In this document: piece by piece, positions 46,256 through 55,428 of the stretch
How positions within the stretch are numbered: position 1 is the first letter of the stretch
Layout of the letters: each line of letters begins with the position of its first letter
NCBI GenBank assembly: GCA_023717565.1
Contig: JAMQPI010000675.1
Coordinates: 658-64,657, forward strand
Length of the DNA: 64,000 nt
From: Pyrinomonadaceae bacterium
GTDB taxonomy: Bacteria > Acidobacteriota > Blastocatellia > Pyrinomonadales > Pyrinomonadaceae
Reading direction: 5' to 3'
Translations under genes and position numbers: made by a program
The notes under the pieces: generated by a model
Seen by the model: the letters and a program-made list of their open reading frames with translations, nothing else
Database searches by the model: none
What the model was told of the DNA's origin: nothing

Positions 46256-47334
46256 GCTTGCAGACCCCCGTTTCTTGCGTACTCTTGGGCTCGCTCGTAA
46301 TCGGCTCGCTGCCCAATGTCCAACCAGTATTCGACGATGGGGAAGCTGACCACGTGCCTGCCTTTCTCGATCAGGCGTCCAATTAGGTCGGTCATGTCAA
46401 AACGAAGTCCGCTAGGTATGTATCGATATACTGTGGGCTCGAGCAGGTAAATGCCCGCATTGACAAGGAAATGAAGGACCGGTTTCTCCTCCACTTTTCG
46501 CACGCGTGAACCGTCACAATCAATCACTCCGTAAGGCACCTGCAACTCGTATTGTCTTACTCCGACAGTGACATCGGCGCCGTGTTCGCGGTGATAAGAG
46601 AGCATGCTCCGGAAATCAACTTCGGTGACGATATCACCGTTGATTACCAACAATGTTTCATTTGATTCCTCGAGCAGCTTTAGCCCGCCCGCCGTGCCCA
46701 AAGGACGATCTTCGTGCACATATCGAATGTCGACGTCAAACGCCTGTCCGTCACCAAAGTGGTCGGAAATCGACTCGGCCAGATAATGGGTGGTTAGATT
46801 CACACGCTTGATGCCGGCATCCTTCAATCGCTCAATGGTCAACTCGAGCAGCGGACGATCACCAACGGTCAGCATGGGCTTTGGCACATCATCTGTTAGC
46901 GGGCGAAGCCTGCTTCCAAATCCACCGGCCATAATGACCGCAGAGAGTCCAAGCTTCTCCTCGGAAACGAAATCACTCCGAAGCACCAAATCAACAACCC
47001 GGCCCAGATCATCCACCACCGGAAGATGATTCAGCAGAAACTCCCGGGCGTGGTCCATTAAGCTCAATGCATCGGCGGCTTCCCTAATACCGATGGCGAC
47101 GATTGGTTCAGGATTGGCAATATCGCTACAGGGTTTGTCGAATGGAATTCCGCGCAAGATGGCGCGCCGAAGATCGCCATCGGTCAGAAGTCCCCGCAGG
47201 ATGCGCTCTTTGTCACAGAGCAAAAGGGCACCGGTGCCCGCTCGCTCCAGCTGCGCGATTGCTTCGGCGATAGAAGCGTGGGATGGAATTATCGTCCTGG
47301 TAAGACGATCAATGGAGGCTGCTGGTCGCACCAT
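46252..47334 (-). CDS. CBS-pair + sugar-1-phosphate nucleotidyltransferase (PtmE-like)
   Basis: N-terminal CBS-like repeats (LLTDGDLRRAIL), then VIMAGGFGSRLRPLT. Confidence 0.85.
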   Translation of the reverse strand: MVRPAASIDRLTRTIIPSHASIAEAIAQLERAGTGALLLCDKERILRGLLTDGDLRRAILRGIPFDKPCSDIANPEPIVAIGIREAADALSLMDHAREFLLNHLPVVDDLGRVVDLVLRSDFVSEEKLGLSAVIMAGGFGSRLRPLTDDVPKPMLTVGDRPLLELTIERLKDAGIKRVNLTTHYLAESISDHFGDGQAFDVDIRYVHEDRPLGTAGGLKLLEESNETLLVINGDIVTEVDFRSMLSYHREHGADVTVGVRQYELQVPYGVIDCDGSRVRKVEEKPVLHFLVNAGIYLLEPTVYRYIPSGLRFDMTDLIGRLIEKGRHVVSFPIVEYWLDIGQRADYERAQEYARNGGLQA

Positions 47335-48307
47335 AACTTTTTGGGTCCGATGAGATTTGGTTTTCCAACTCTTGAACTCTGTTTCGTAGCGAGTGAACCA
47401 AGCTCAGAAGGTTCACACCCAACCGCGCACCAATAGGCCATGTCGGCTTCTCGCAGGGACCGTTTGCTACCTGAACTTCCTTCAATACAATTGTTGAGTT
47501 ACCTGTTTTGACGAACACGCCATCGTCGCAGCGACCAACCACCTGTCCAGGCGTGGCGATGTAGGTAGGCCACCATGGATCGTATGCTGCCTTCCAAACT
47601 ATGACCTCCTTATCGCCCAGCAGAGTGCGCGCTCCGGGACCGGGCCGGCTAATAGCTCGCACTTTGTTGAAGAGGTTCAGGCTTGAATCCGACCAATCAA
47701 GCCATTCATCTCCGTCCGCGCGGCCACAGAAGTAGGTACCGCGGTGGTGACGTTGCGGCTGCGTAACCAGGTTGCCATTCTCAATACTTGAGACTGCGTC
47801 ATTCACCAGGGCTGGAAAGTGCTCGACGATTCGCTGGAGAAGGTCACCGTAAGTGTCGTTCCAATTAATCGGCAGTGTTCGCTGGAGAACGATGTCCCCG
47901 GTGTCGATTCCGGTGTCGACCTTGTGGGCTGTGAGGCCGATCTCCGATTCACCATTGATAAGAGCCCAGTTGATGACGTTGCGCCCCCGATAGTTTGGTA
48001 ACTTCCCAGCATGAAAATTAATAAACCCTCGTCGCGTTGAAGTCAGCAGTGGCTGCCTGAGTATCTGATTGCAGGAAATTGAGATACCAAGGTCGGCAGT
48101 CATTGACTTGATCTCTTCCACGAACGCCGGCGCGTTCACATTTGCTGGTTGCAGAATTCGCACGTTGAGGTTGCGTGCCGCCTGCTCCAAACTTGAATCC
48201 GAAGGAATGTGACGAAGTACAACCGCAGCTATCTCATGTCCTGAATGTGCCAAAGGCAACAGGCTATTCGCGGCCCAGAGGCCGTCGCCAAAGATCACAA
48301 TGCGCAT
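47309..48307 (-). CDS. Formyltransferase-family protein (sugar N-formyltransferase candidate)
   Basis: FHAGKLPNYRGRNVINWALING ... HKVDTGIDTGDI core, plus a C-terminal extension. Confidence 0.8.
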   Translation of the reverse strand: MRIVIFGDGLWAANSLLPLAHSGHEIAAVVLRHIPSDSSLEQAARNLNVRILQPANVNAPAFVEEIKSMTADLGISISCNQILRQPLLTSTRRGFINFHAGKLPNYRGRNVINWALINGESEIGLTAHKVDTGIDTGDIVLQRTLPINWNDTYGDLLQRIVEHFPALVNDAVSSIENGNLVTQPQRHHRGTYFCGRADGDEWLDWSDSSLNLFNKVRAISRPGPGARTLLGDKEVIVWKAAYDPWWPTYIATPGQVVGRCDDGVFVKTGNSTIVLKEVQVANGPCEKPTWPIGARLGVNLLSLVHSLRNRVQELENQISSDPKSYGATSSLH

Positions 48308-48363
48308 TTGATTATTGAAGCGAGTAGGAGTTCGTGTGGTAACTGTGAGGCAATATATGCAAG

Positions 48364-49416
48364 TTATCCAAAGTCAGCCCATTCGATTTCGTCTTCGCTC
48401 TGCAGATCGCGAAGCAATGGCCTGCCAACTACATATTCTAGTTCGTCTGGCCGGATGCCGCTTCCAGGGCGCTTGAAGTCTATGTCGTTCGGAGTGAGGC
48501 TCTCGCCCTTCTTCAGACTCCGGATCGCTACCATGCGCCGTCGAAATACTTTTCGCTTGGCCAACTGCGACTCATTGACTGCTCTTACCGAGCTGCCGAG
48601 AGACGAGAACACGTTTCTACTTTCTTGCACCAGATGGCTCATCTCAAGCGGATCTGCCGACACAGCGTGATCCCAGCCCTCCATTCCCTTGTCCAGGGTG
48701 AAGTGTTTTTCGATGATGCAAGCGCCAAGTGCGACTGCAGCGAGTGGTATGGAGGCGCCAATCGAATGATCGCTATATCCAACCGGCACATCGAATGCGG
48801 ATTGCATTGTCGCCATGTTACGGAGATTCACGATCTCCGGAGCTGACGGATAGATTGAGACACAATGAAGCAATGCCACCTCGCCCGCCCCTCCTTCTCG
48901 TAACACGCTTAAGGCACGCTCAATCTCTCCCAATGTGGCTAGCCCGGTTGAAAGAATGACGGGCTTGCGCGTTTGAGCCACTCGTTCAAGCAAGGGCAAA
49001 TGATTGACGTCCATCGAAGCGATCTTATAAGCAGGGACGTCGAGTGACTCGAGCAACTCAATCTCCGAAGACGAGAAACAGCTAGAGAAGAACGTGATGT
49101 CACGTTTGCGACAATGCTCTGCTACTTCGCGGTGTTGTTCGGGATTTAGTTGATATTTCTCGACTTCGTCTTCCAGGCTCGGAAGTTTCGCGTGGTCTGT
49201 TCCATATTTGGTGTTTCGCGCGTACTCGGCCTTGGAAATTAATGACCACTTTGACCATGACTGAAACTTTGCTGCATCAGCTCCACAGTCCTTGGCTGCA
49301 TCAATGAGCCTCTTGCAGAGGTCCATGTCTCCATTGTGATTGGAGCCGATCTCGGCGACGATGTAAGGCGGCTCGCCTGCCCCCACTAACCGCCCCGCTA
49401 TGTTTAGTTTCTCCAT
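48364..49416 (-). CDS. NeuB-family nonulosonic-acid synthase (LegI/PseI/NeuB-like) with SAF domain
   Basis: IVAEIGSNHNGDMDLCKRLIDAAKDCGADAAKFQ. C-terminal SAF-like KGESLTPNDIDFKRPGSG. Start at ATG 49416 (MEKLNIAG). Confidence 0.9.
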   Translation of the reverse strand: MEKLNIAGRLVGAGEPPYIVAEIGSNHNGDMDLCKRLIDAAKDCGADAAKFQSWSKWSLISKAEYARNTKYGTDHAKLPSLEDEVEKYQLNPEQHREVAEHCRKRDITFFSSCFSSSEIELLESLDVPAYKIASMDVNHLPLLERVAQTRKPVILSTGLATLGEIERALSVLREGGAGEVALLHCVSIYPSAPEIVNLRNMATMQSAFDVPVGYSDHSIGASIPLAAVALGACIIEKHFTLDKGMEGWDHAVSADPLEMSHLVQESRNVFSSLGSSVRAVNESQLAKRKVFRRRMVAIRSLKKGESLTPNDIDFKRPGSGIRPDELEYVVGRPLLRDLQSEDEIEWADFG

Positions 49417-50306
49417 ATGTATTCCAACTCTGGATGCGCAACACACCACCACCACACATATCGGGGAGTCTTTTGATTGAGCGCTGCAACATAACTGTCT
49501 AATACTTCAGGTGACTCGTTAATGCAGTGGTCAAACAAAAGCGCTCGCTCGTTAGCATCGCGAATGGCGGCGCCGCAAGCACCGTTGACTGGCCGCTCGG
49601 ACTCCAGCAGGCACTGATAGTGACCCAACACTCGCTCTGACGCCTTTACCACCTGATCGCAAGAGAATGGAAGCAACACTCTGGCAATATTTCTGGAGTA
49701 TTGCCGGTAGGCCATCTGAGGTTGTTGTTCAAACTTGAGACTCGCACCCCCAGCCCACGCGCGCGTCGCCAGAGTCCAGTCAACCAGATCGCAAGCATCA
49801 CCCAACGGCAGGCAGTCCCGTACTATCTCCGAGCGGTAGGCCGTATTTGACAAACCAAAAACATTGTAACGAGGCAGCAAGGAACTGAATTGTTCTCCGT
49901 CTGTCCCACCGAAAGTTATTCCCAGATCGCAGCCCTCTTCATCGATAATACTCAGCGCACAACCCACCACGTCATAACTCTCCAGCGCTTTTCGAGCGGC
50001 TGCGATTCTGCTTGGGTAAAGCAGGTCATCACTGTCTACGAAGACAATAGCGGGGTATTCATCAACCAGAAACTCGAGGGCGCCCTGCCGGATTTGTGCT
50101 GGGGAGCCTTCATTGCCCGTGATGAAGTTGATGGATTCAGGTTTGGCACCGGTCAGCTCGATAACCTTGGCGGGATGAAGTGAGTCAAGCCCAATCCAGA
50201 GATCAAACTTGTGATCGGTCTGTGCGACTACCGACTGGTACCAAACCGACAAGTACGGTTCGACACCGGGGTAAACGGTAGTATAGAGAGCAAGACCTTC
50301 AGACAT
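49404..50306 (-). CDS. GT-A-like (family-2-like) glycosyltransferase candidate
   Basis: YTTVYPGVEPYL...VFVDSDDLL (DxD). Confidence 0.5.
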   Translation of the reverse strand: MSEGLALYTTVYPGVEPYLSVWYQSVVAQTDHKFDLWIGLDSLHPAKVIELTGAKPESINFITGNEGSPAQIRQGALEFLVDEYPAIVFVDSDDLLYPSRIAAARKALESYDVVGCALSIIDEEGCDLGITFGGTDGEQFSSLLPRYNVFGLSNTAYRSEIVRDCLPLGDACDLVDWTLATRAWAGGASLKFEQQPQMAYRQYSRNIARVLLPFSCDQVVKASERVLGHYQCLLESERPVNGACGAAIRDANERALLFDHCINESPEVLDSYVAALNQKTPRYVWWWCVAHPELEYIWRN

Positions 50307-51030
50307 GAGCCTCTACTTCCCTCCTCGATAGACTCATCAACATCTCTGCCATCGCCCAGTCATCCTCTGTGTCGATGTCCAGCCCACGCTGCCACGGGAT
50401 TTCCCATCCGGTCCGAGTTGGAACGTGATAGGTCTTTTCGCGCCGAAGCACTTCCGCCTTGGCCCACCAGATGACACCCGTGGGACATAACAGCTCAGGC
50501 AAGTCCTGGCTACGTCGTAACACCTGCTGATTGAAGATCGGTCTCAGTTCGTAACTTTGAGTGCGCTCCATCGCCCACCAAGGATTTTGCCAGCCAAAAC
50601 GTGTCACCGATATTTGCGACTCGGCAGCGGTGGAAACGAATTGCTCAAAGCTAGCACAGACATCGTTCGAATCTCGCAGCGGGCAGTTTGCCATCAGCTG
50701 GGCCACGTTTTGATACTCTTCACCATTTGGGTCGAGTCGGTTCAGTGCGTCAACCGTAGCCAACGAAACCGGTGTATCGTCGTCAGCCAGAACCAAGTCT
50801 CGCAGAAAAGGAACCTCTGCGCCGTGGCGCTCCGCAATCTTGGCGATCTCTTCGCTGTCGGTACTGACAACCACTCGCGCAAAAAGCCCGCTAGTTAGAG
50901 CAGCCTCGATCGTATACGCGATCAAGGGCTTGCCGAGCATCGTTCGAATGTTCTTGCCACGGACTCTCTTTGACCCACCTCGAGCCGGGATAACCGCGAT
51001 CTGGTTGCGTTTCTGACCTGGACTAGGCAC
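50299..51030 (-). CDS. CMP-nonulosonate cytidylyltransferase (NeuA/PseF/LegF family)
   Basis: IAVIPARGGSKRVRGKNIR...GKPLIAYTIEAAL. Start placed at GTG 51030, which overlaps the upstream stop by 8 nt. The ORF maximum extends to 51108. Confidence 0.85.
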   Translation of the reverse strand: MPSPGQKRNQIAVIPARGGSKRVRGKNIRTMLGKPLIAYTIEAALTSGLFARVVVSTDSEEIAKIAERHGAEVPFLRDLVLADDDTPVSLATVDALNRLDPNGEEYQNVAQLMANCPLRDSNDVCASFEQFVSTAAESQISVTRFGWQNPWWAMERTQSYELRPIFNQQVLRRSQDLPELLCPTGVIWWAKAEVLRREKTYHVPTRTGWEIPWQRGLDIDTEDDWAMAEMLMSLSRREVEAHV

Positions 51031-52759
51031 CGGCAAACGCCCCCCTGTTGGCCAGTAGTCCAACACCGATCCATTGCCAAATGTAGAAGCTGTTGTCAGC
51101 CTCTCCACTGCAGTAGTTTTTCCATTCCGCGCGCACGGAATGTCGGTCTAACCAGGAATTGCCATATGCCGCCAACGCTTCTTCGATCTGACCGGTGGCC
51201 CACTCGCGTAAGGGTCCGCGCAGCCATTCGCGTTGAGGTGTTTGTAGCGGTCGCTTCGGTGCTTCGACTACACCATCCGGAAGCAGATTCTTTGTTATCT
51301 GTCGTAGCAACCACTTGCCTGTACCGTTGGCAATTTTCCGCTCGGCAGGCTGGCGAAGAGCCAGTTCGAAGAGCCGATGATCCAGGAAGGGCTCTCTCAA
51401 CTCGGTCGAAGCGCGCATCGAGACGCGATCGTTGAAGCGCATTGCTCGCGGAATCTTGGTATAACGAGCGTCACGATATTGGAGGTTGCGCAAAGAGTCG
51501 TGAAAGCAATTTGAAGAGCTAAATTGACTGGCCTGCGCGCGAAATTCCGGTGTCAAGCATTCGGCACGTGTGGGACTTTCGCGGGTTCCCTGTACGACCG
51601 AAGTATCATTTCCATTGGCATTTCGGTAATAGTCATATCCGGCCCACTGCTCGTCCATCCCATTCCCATCCAGCAGAACTATTACTCCCTCCGACCGCGC
51701 TGTCTCAAAGAGACGAGCATAGGCCAGTGTCGGTAGTCCACCGAAGGGTTCGTCTTGTGAAATCTGAACCGACTCGGCAAGTGCAGGCACCTCATGCGCT
51801 TCCAGACGACATTCAACTAACTCATGATGCGTTCGACTGAGCATCTGTCGCACCCAGGGCAGTTCGTCATATTGCGGATCGCCGGTCGTGAAGGTGAAAG
51901 CTTTGACGTCGCTGTCCTTACCCTGCGCAGCGTGTACGAGGCCCAACAATGTGGAGGAATCCAGGCCGCCACTCAAATTGATCCCAACCGGAACGTCAGA
52001 GCGAAATCGGAGTTTTACGCTCTCCTCTAGTAAAGCTACATACTCCTCCTGCACATCCGTGATAGACCGGTCATCAAAACGGTCGCCAGTTCGCGCGGCG
52101 AGGTCATACCAACAGGAGACCGAGAGGCGTCCATCCTGCCAACTTAAGGAGTGCCCCGGAGGCAACGCATGAATGCCTTTCCAGAACGAGCGTTCGCTAT
52201 GGTCCGATAGACCAAGGGCCAGGTATGTTGCCCAGGAAGTTTCGTCCGGTTCCTGAGGAACACCAGCGGCATGCAGCGCCTTTATTTCGCTAGCAAGCAT
52301 TAGAGTACCGTCGACTCCATAATGAAAGTAGACGGGCTTGACACCGAAACGATCTCGCGCAGCAAAGAGTTTTTTTGAACGCTGATCCCAAATGGCGAAG
52401 GCAAACATGCCGATGAGGTGATCCAGACATCGCTCACCCCACTTTTCGAAGGCTGCTAGCAGGACTTCCGTGTCAGTGCGTGTACTGAAGGAATAATTCA
52501 GTTCCTGACGCAGTTCAAGATAGTTATAGATCTCGCCGTTGAAGCTAATGTGGTAGCGACCCGTAGGATCAGACATTGGCTGGCGGCCCGCTTCCGAGAG
52601 ATCGATAATCTTGAGGCGGTTGTGCCCCAATCCAGCGTGAGATTCAGGATCAATGTACTTGCCATCGCCGTCTGGTCCGCGATGACGCTGACTTGCCACC
52701 ATCGCGTTCAATTGCGACTGGTTCCAGTTACTTCCAAAAATGCCGGCGATTCCACACAT
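51023..52759 (-). CDS. Glutamine-dependent amidotransferase of the asparagine synthetase B family (second copy)
   Basis: MCGIAGIFG (Cys2). PP-loop NLSGGLDSSTL. Confidence 0.9.
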   Translation of the reverse strand: MCGIAGIFGSNWNQSQLNAMVASQRHRGPDGDGKYIDPESHAGLGHNRLKIIDLSEAGRQPMSDPTGRYHISFNGEIYNYLELRQELNYSFSTRTDTEVLLAAFEKWGERCLDHLIGMFAFAIWDQRSKKLFAARDRFGVKPVYFHYGVDGTLMLASEIKALHAAGVPQEPDETSWATYLALGLSDHSERSFWKGIHALPPGHSLSWQDGRLSVSCWYDLAARTGDRFDDRSITDVQEEYVALLEESVKLRFRSDVPVGINLSGGLDSSTLLGLVHAAQGKDSDVKAFTFTTGDPQYDELPWVRQMLSRTHHELVECRLEAHEVPALAESVQISQDEPFGGLPTLAYARLFETARSEGVIVLLDGNGMDEQWAGYDYYRNANGNDTSVVQGTRESPTRAECLTPEFRAQASQFSSSNCFHDSLRNLQYRDARYTKIPRAMRFNDRVSMRASTELREPFLDHRLFELALRQPAERKIANGTGKWLLRQITKNLLPDGVVEAPKRPLQTPQREWLRGPLREWATGQIEEALAAYGNSWLDRHSVRAEWKNYCSGEADNSFYIWQWIGVGLLANRGAFAGA

Positions 52760-52789
52760 AAAGAAAAACCTGGTATTAGCCCTTGCTAT

Positions 52790-53581
52790 CTAGCCGACTC
52801 TAATTAACCGCTCTCGCGTTGACGAATGCAAAAGGCTTGCGTTGCGCACCGTTCGGCCGGACTTCTGCGCTGTCGCGACCAAGTGATGCGTGCCCTTGGC
52901 TTGACGCTTTATCGCTTCACCCGACGACTCGATCGTGTTAACCAGATTCGCGAACATACTCAAAGCCGTGACTATAGGCCGCCTGGGGGACCACGATCTA
53001 AGTCCCCAACGCCGGAACGTACCGCCACGTATTGCATACTCCACGGTGACGTTATCGAAGACGGACGAAAGGAGGTCGGTCAATTGCTGACGTGTATAAT
53101 GCCGCTTGTGATCGGGGTTAGTGTTCTTAACGAAGTCACCGTTTGGCGTGGTCATGAGGAACACGCCCTGGCTCTTCAATACTCTGTAGACTTCTCTCAC
53201 AAAGTCGCCGTCCTGCTCCACGTGCTCGAGAACCTCAACTGCGACGACACCATCGAAAGTATCATCTGGGAGTGCTGAGCAAGTCATATCGTCGAAAAGT
53301 ACTTCGCGGACATTCGTTCGCCTGCCAAGGGTTTGACAAATTGTTTGGTCGCTTATCCCAAGGTTAAGTTGCTTCTGAACTTCTGTTTCCCTGGGAAGGT
53401 CGGTGATTGTGACCTGAGCCGGCAAGGCAATTGTGTAGTGTGACTTCCTCCCCCCTACATCAAGGAGGCGCGCGTCCTTCGCGCGAACCTGGGGACTACT
53501 CATGAGTCGCCTGCGCACCAGCTTCATTAGCGGCGGTAGAAACGGCTCTGCGCAGAGGTATGCAAATTCAAAAGGCTTCAT
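52790..53581 (-). CDS. Class I SAM-dependent methyltransferase
   Basis: LLDVGGRKSHYT (motif I) and VVAVEVLEHVEQD...GVFLMTTPN. Confidence 0.8.
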   Translation of the reverse strand: MKPFEFAYLCAEPFLPPLMKLVRRRLMSSPQVRAKDARLLDVGGRKSHYTIALPAQVTITDLPRETEVQKQLNLGISDQTICQTLGRRTNVREVLFDDMTCSALPDDTFDGVVAVEVLEHVEQDGDFVREVYRVLKSQGVFLMTTPNGDFVKNTNPDHKRHYTRQQLTDLLSSVFDNVTVEYAIRGGTFRRWGLRSWSPRRPIVTALSMFANLVNTIESSGEAIKRQAKGTHHLVATAQKSGRTVRNASLLHSSTRERLIRVG

Positions 53582-54273
53582 TGAATAACAGCGAGCAACT
53601 TTTCGGCGCGCGTCCAGTCTTGCAGGCTATCGATGTTCACTGTGGACTCCGCTTCGATCAGGTGGCCCGCAAGTCTCTTACCGTAGAGGCTGTTCGTTTC
53701 CATCAAGACATCACGCCGGGTCACGTACACCGAACCCTCTCTGTGAAAGGCGGGCGGCAAATCCTGGCGGCGTGAGACCGGTGCATCTTCTCCAGTGCTC
53801 AAGCGCAGAAAGTCTGAGCCATTCTGGAAATATACCCAGTGCGGATTGTGCTCTGGCGGCACTGCCTTGATTGTGACAACGGCGTCGGCACCGGTGGTAT
53901 CAAGGAGTTCGATACACGCATCAATGTCTTCTGATCGGCGCAATGGATTGGTAGGTTGCAGAAGGCAAACTGCATCGAAGCGCTCGCCTTGACTCTCTAT
54001 CCAGCGTAAGGCGTGTTGGACCACGGGCAACATTGGAGTGTCATCCTCAGCCAGTTCCAACGGTCTCATGAAAGGTACTTCCAACCCGCAACTTCTACCG
54101 ACGGCCGCAATCTCTTCACTTTCGGTGCTCAAAATCAATCGCGACAGGAGACGAGCATCCAGTGCCGCCTCAGCTGTGTATTGCAAGAGCGGCTTTCCAC
54201 ACAGCATTCGAGTATTCTTGCCGGGTACGCCCTTTGAGCCACTGCGTGCAGGTATAAGTCCGAGAACCTTCAT
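53578..54273 (-). CDS. neuA: Acylneuraminate cytidylyltransferase (CMP-NulO synthetase)
   Basis: MKVLGLIPARSGSKGVPGKN...GKPLLQYTAEAAL. Confidence 0.9.
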   Translation of the reverse strand: MKVLGLIPARSGSKGVPGKNTRMLCGKPLLQYTAEAALDARLLSRLILSTESEEIAAVGRSCGLEVPFMRPLELAEDDTPMLPVVQHALRWIESQGERFDAVCLLQPTNPLRRSEDIDACIELLDTTGADAVVTIKAVPPEHNPHWVYFQNGSDFLRLSTGEDAPVSRRQDLPPAFHREGSVYVTRRDVLMETNSLYGKRLAGHLIEAESTVNIDSLQDWTRAEKLLAVIQ

Positions 54274-55428
54274 TTAGTAAGTCAGTCTCTTGTCAATCTT
54301 CAGAGGCGCTTGGGCAAGTACTTGCGAGATGCGTTTGCCGGCTCGTCCGTCGCCGTAAATCGTGTCATGTGGATAGCGCCCGTTGCCCATGTGATGCCGG
54401 ACAGCGTCAACAATTTCAGAGCGATCATAATGAACATCCAGCAGGTTGGTGCCGCGGTCGCGTCCCGCCTGTCGCGAGCCAATGTTTACCACTGGCACGC
54501 CCAGGAAAGAGCATTCGCGAACGCCCACACTGGAGTTGCCGATCAGGCAGCGGCTGTTGTGAAGCAAACGAAGGAAATCCATTCCCTCCATGTTCTTGAA
54601 GAAGTGGATGTTCTTTGGCTGCAAAGTCTCCCGGAAGCTGCGGATGCCGCCCGACGTGCCGTCAGAGCCGGCGTCAACGTTGGGCCAGAACCAAAGCGTA
54701 GGCAGGCCAATTTCTTGCACGGCGTTGAGTGTTTCGAAAACGTGCTCGCGGGCAAGTCCATACTCGGTTGTCACGGGATGCTGCATCACGACCAGGTAAC
54801 CATTTGAAATGTCGAGAGGCGCGCCGACACCGCCGTATCTCTGCAAGGGATCGAAGTTCAGTTTCGGGGCCTCGAGGATTTGTGCAGCTAGATCAATGGA
54901 TGGGCAACCGGTTACATACACAGAACAGGGATCTTCTCCCATCTTCCTGACCCGCTCAGCAGCATTTTCTGAGGAAACCAAATGGAGATCTGCCAGCTTA
55001 GTCACGGCATGCCGGACCTTTTCATCTATGGAGCCGGTCACCTCACCGCCCTGTACGTGGGCCACTGGAATGTTCATGTACGCGGCGGCCACAGCCGTCG
55101 CCAAAGTTTCGTAGCGATCCGCGACTGTGACCACAACGTCCGGACTGAGATTGTCAAACACAGTTGCCAGCTCGAGGACCCCAAGGCCGGTTGTCTTGGC
55201 CATCGAAGCCAGGTTCTCTCCTTCGAGCACCATGTAAACGCGGGCCGAGATCTTGAAACCGTCCTCTTCGATGTATTTCACCGCACTCCCGTAACGCTCC
55301 AGGAGAGCGGAAGCCGCAACCACGAGTTGCAACTCCAGATCGGGATGTTCCTCAATCGCCCTGAGCGCAGTCTTGATCCGGCTATAACTCGGACGCGCGG
55401 TTACTACTACACAAACTTTGCGCCTCAT
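54274..55428 (-). CDS. neuC: UDP/GDP-HexNAc 2-epimerase, hydrolysing (NeuC/LegG family)
   Basis: VVVTARPSYSRIKT...AHVQGGEVTGSIDEKVRHAVTKLADLHL. Confidence 0.9.
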   Translation of the reverse strand: MRRKVCVVVTARPSYSRIKTALRAIEEHPDLELQLVVAASALLERYGSAVKYIEEDGFKISARVYMVLEGENLASMAKTTGLGVLELATVFDNLSPDVVVTVADRYETLATAVAAAYMNIPVAHVQGGEVTGSIDEKVRHAVTKLADLHLVSSENAAERVRKMGEDPCSVYVTGCPSIDLAAQILEAPKLNFDPLQRYGGVGAPLDISNGYLVVMQHPVTTEYGLAREHVFETLNAVQEIGLPTLWFWPNVDAGSDGTSGGIRSFRETLQPKNIHFFKNMEGMDFLRLLHNSRCLIGNSSVGVRECSFLGVPVVNIGSRQAGRDRGTNLLDVHYDRSEIVDAVRHHMGNGRYPHDTIYGDGRAGKRISQVLAQAPLKIDKRLTY

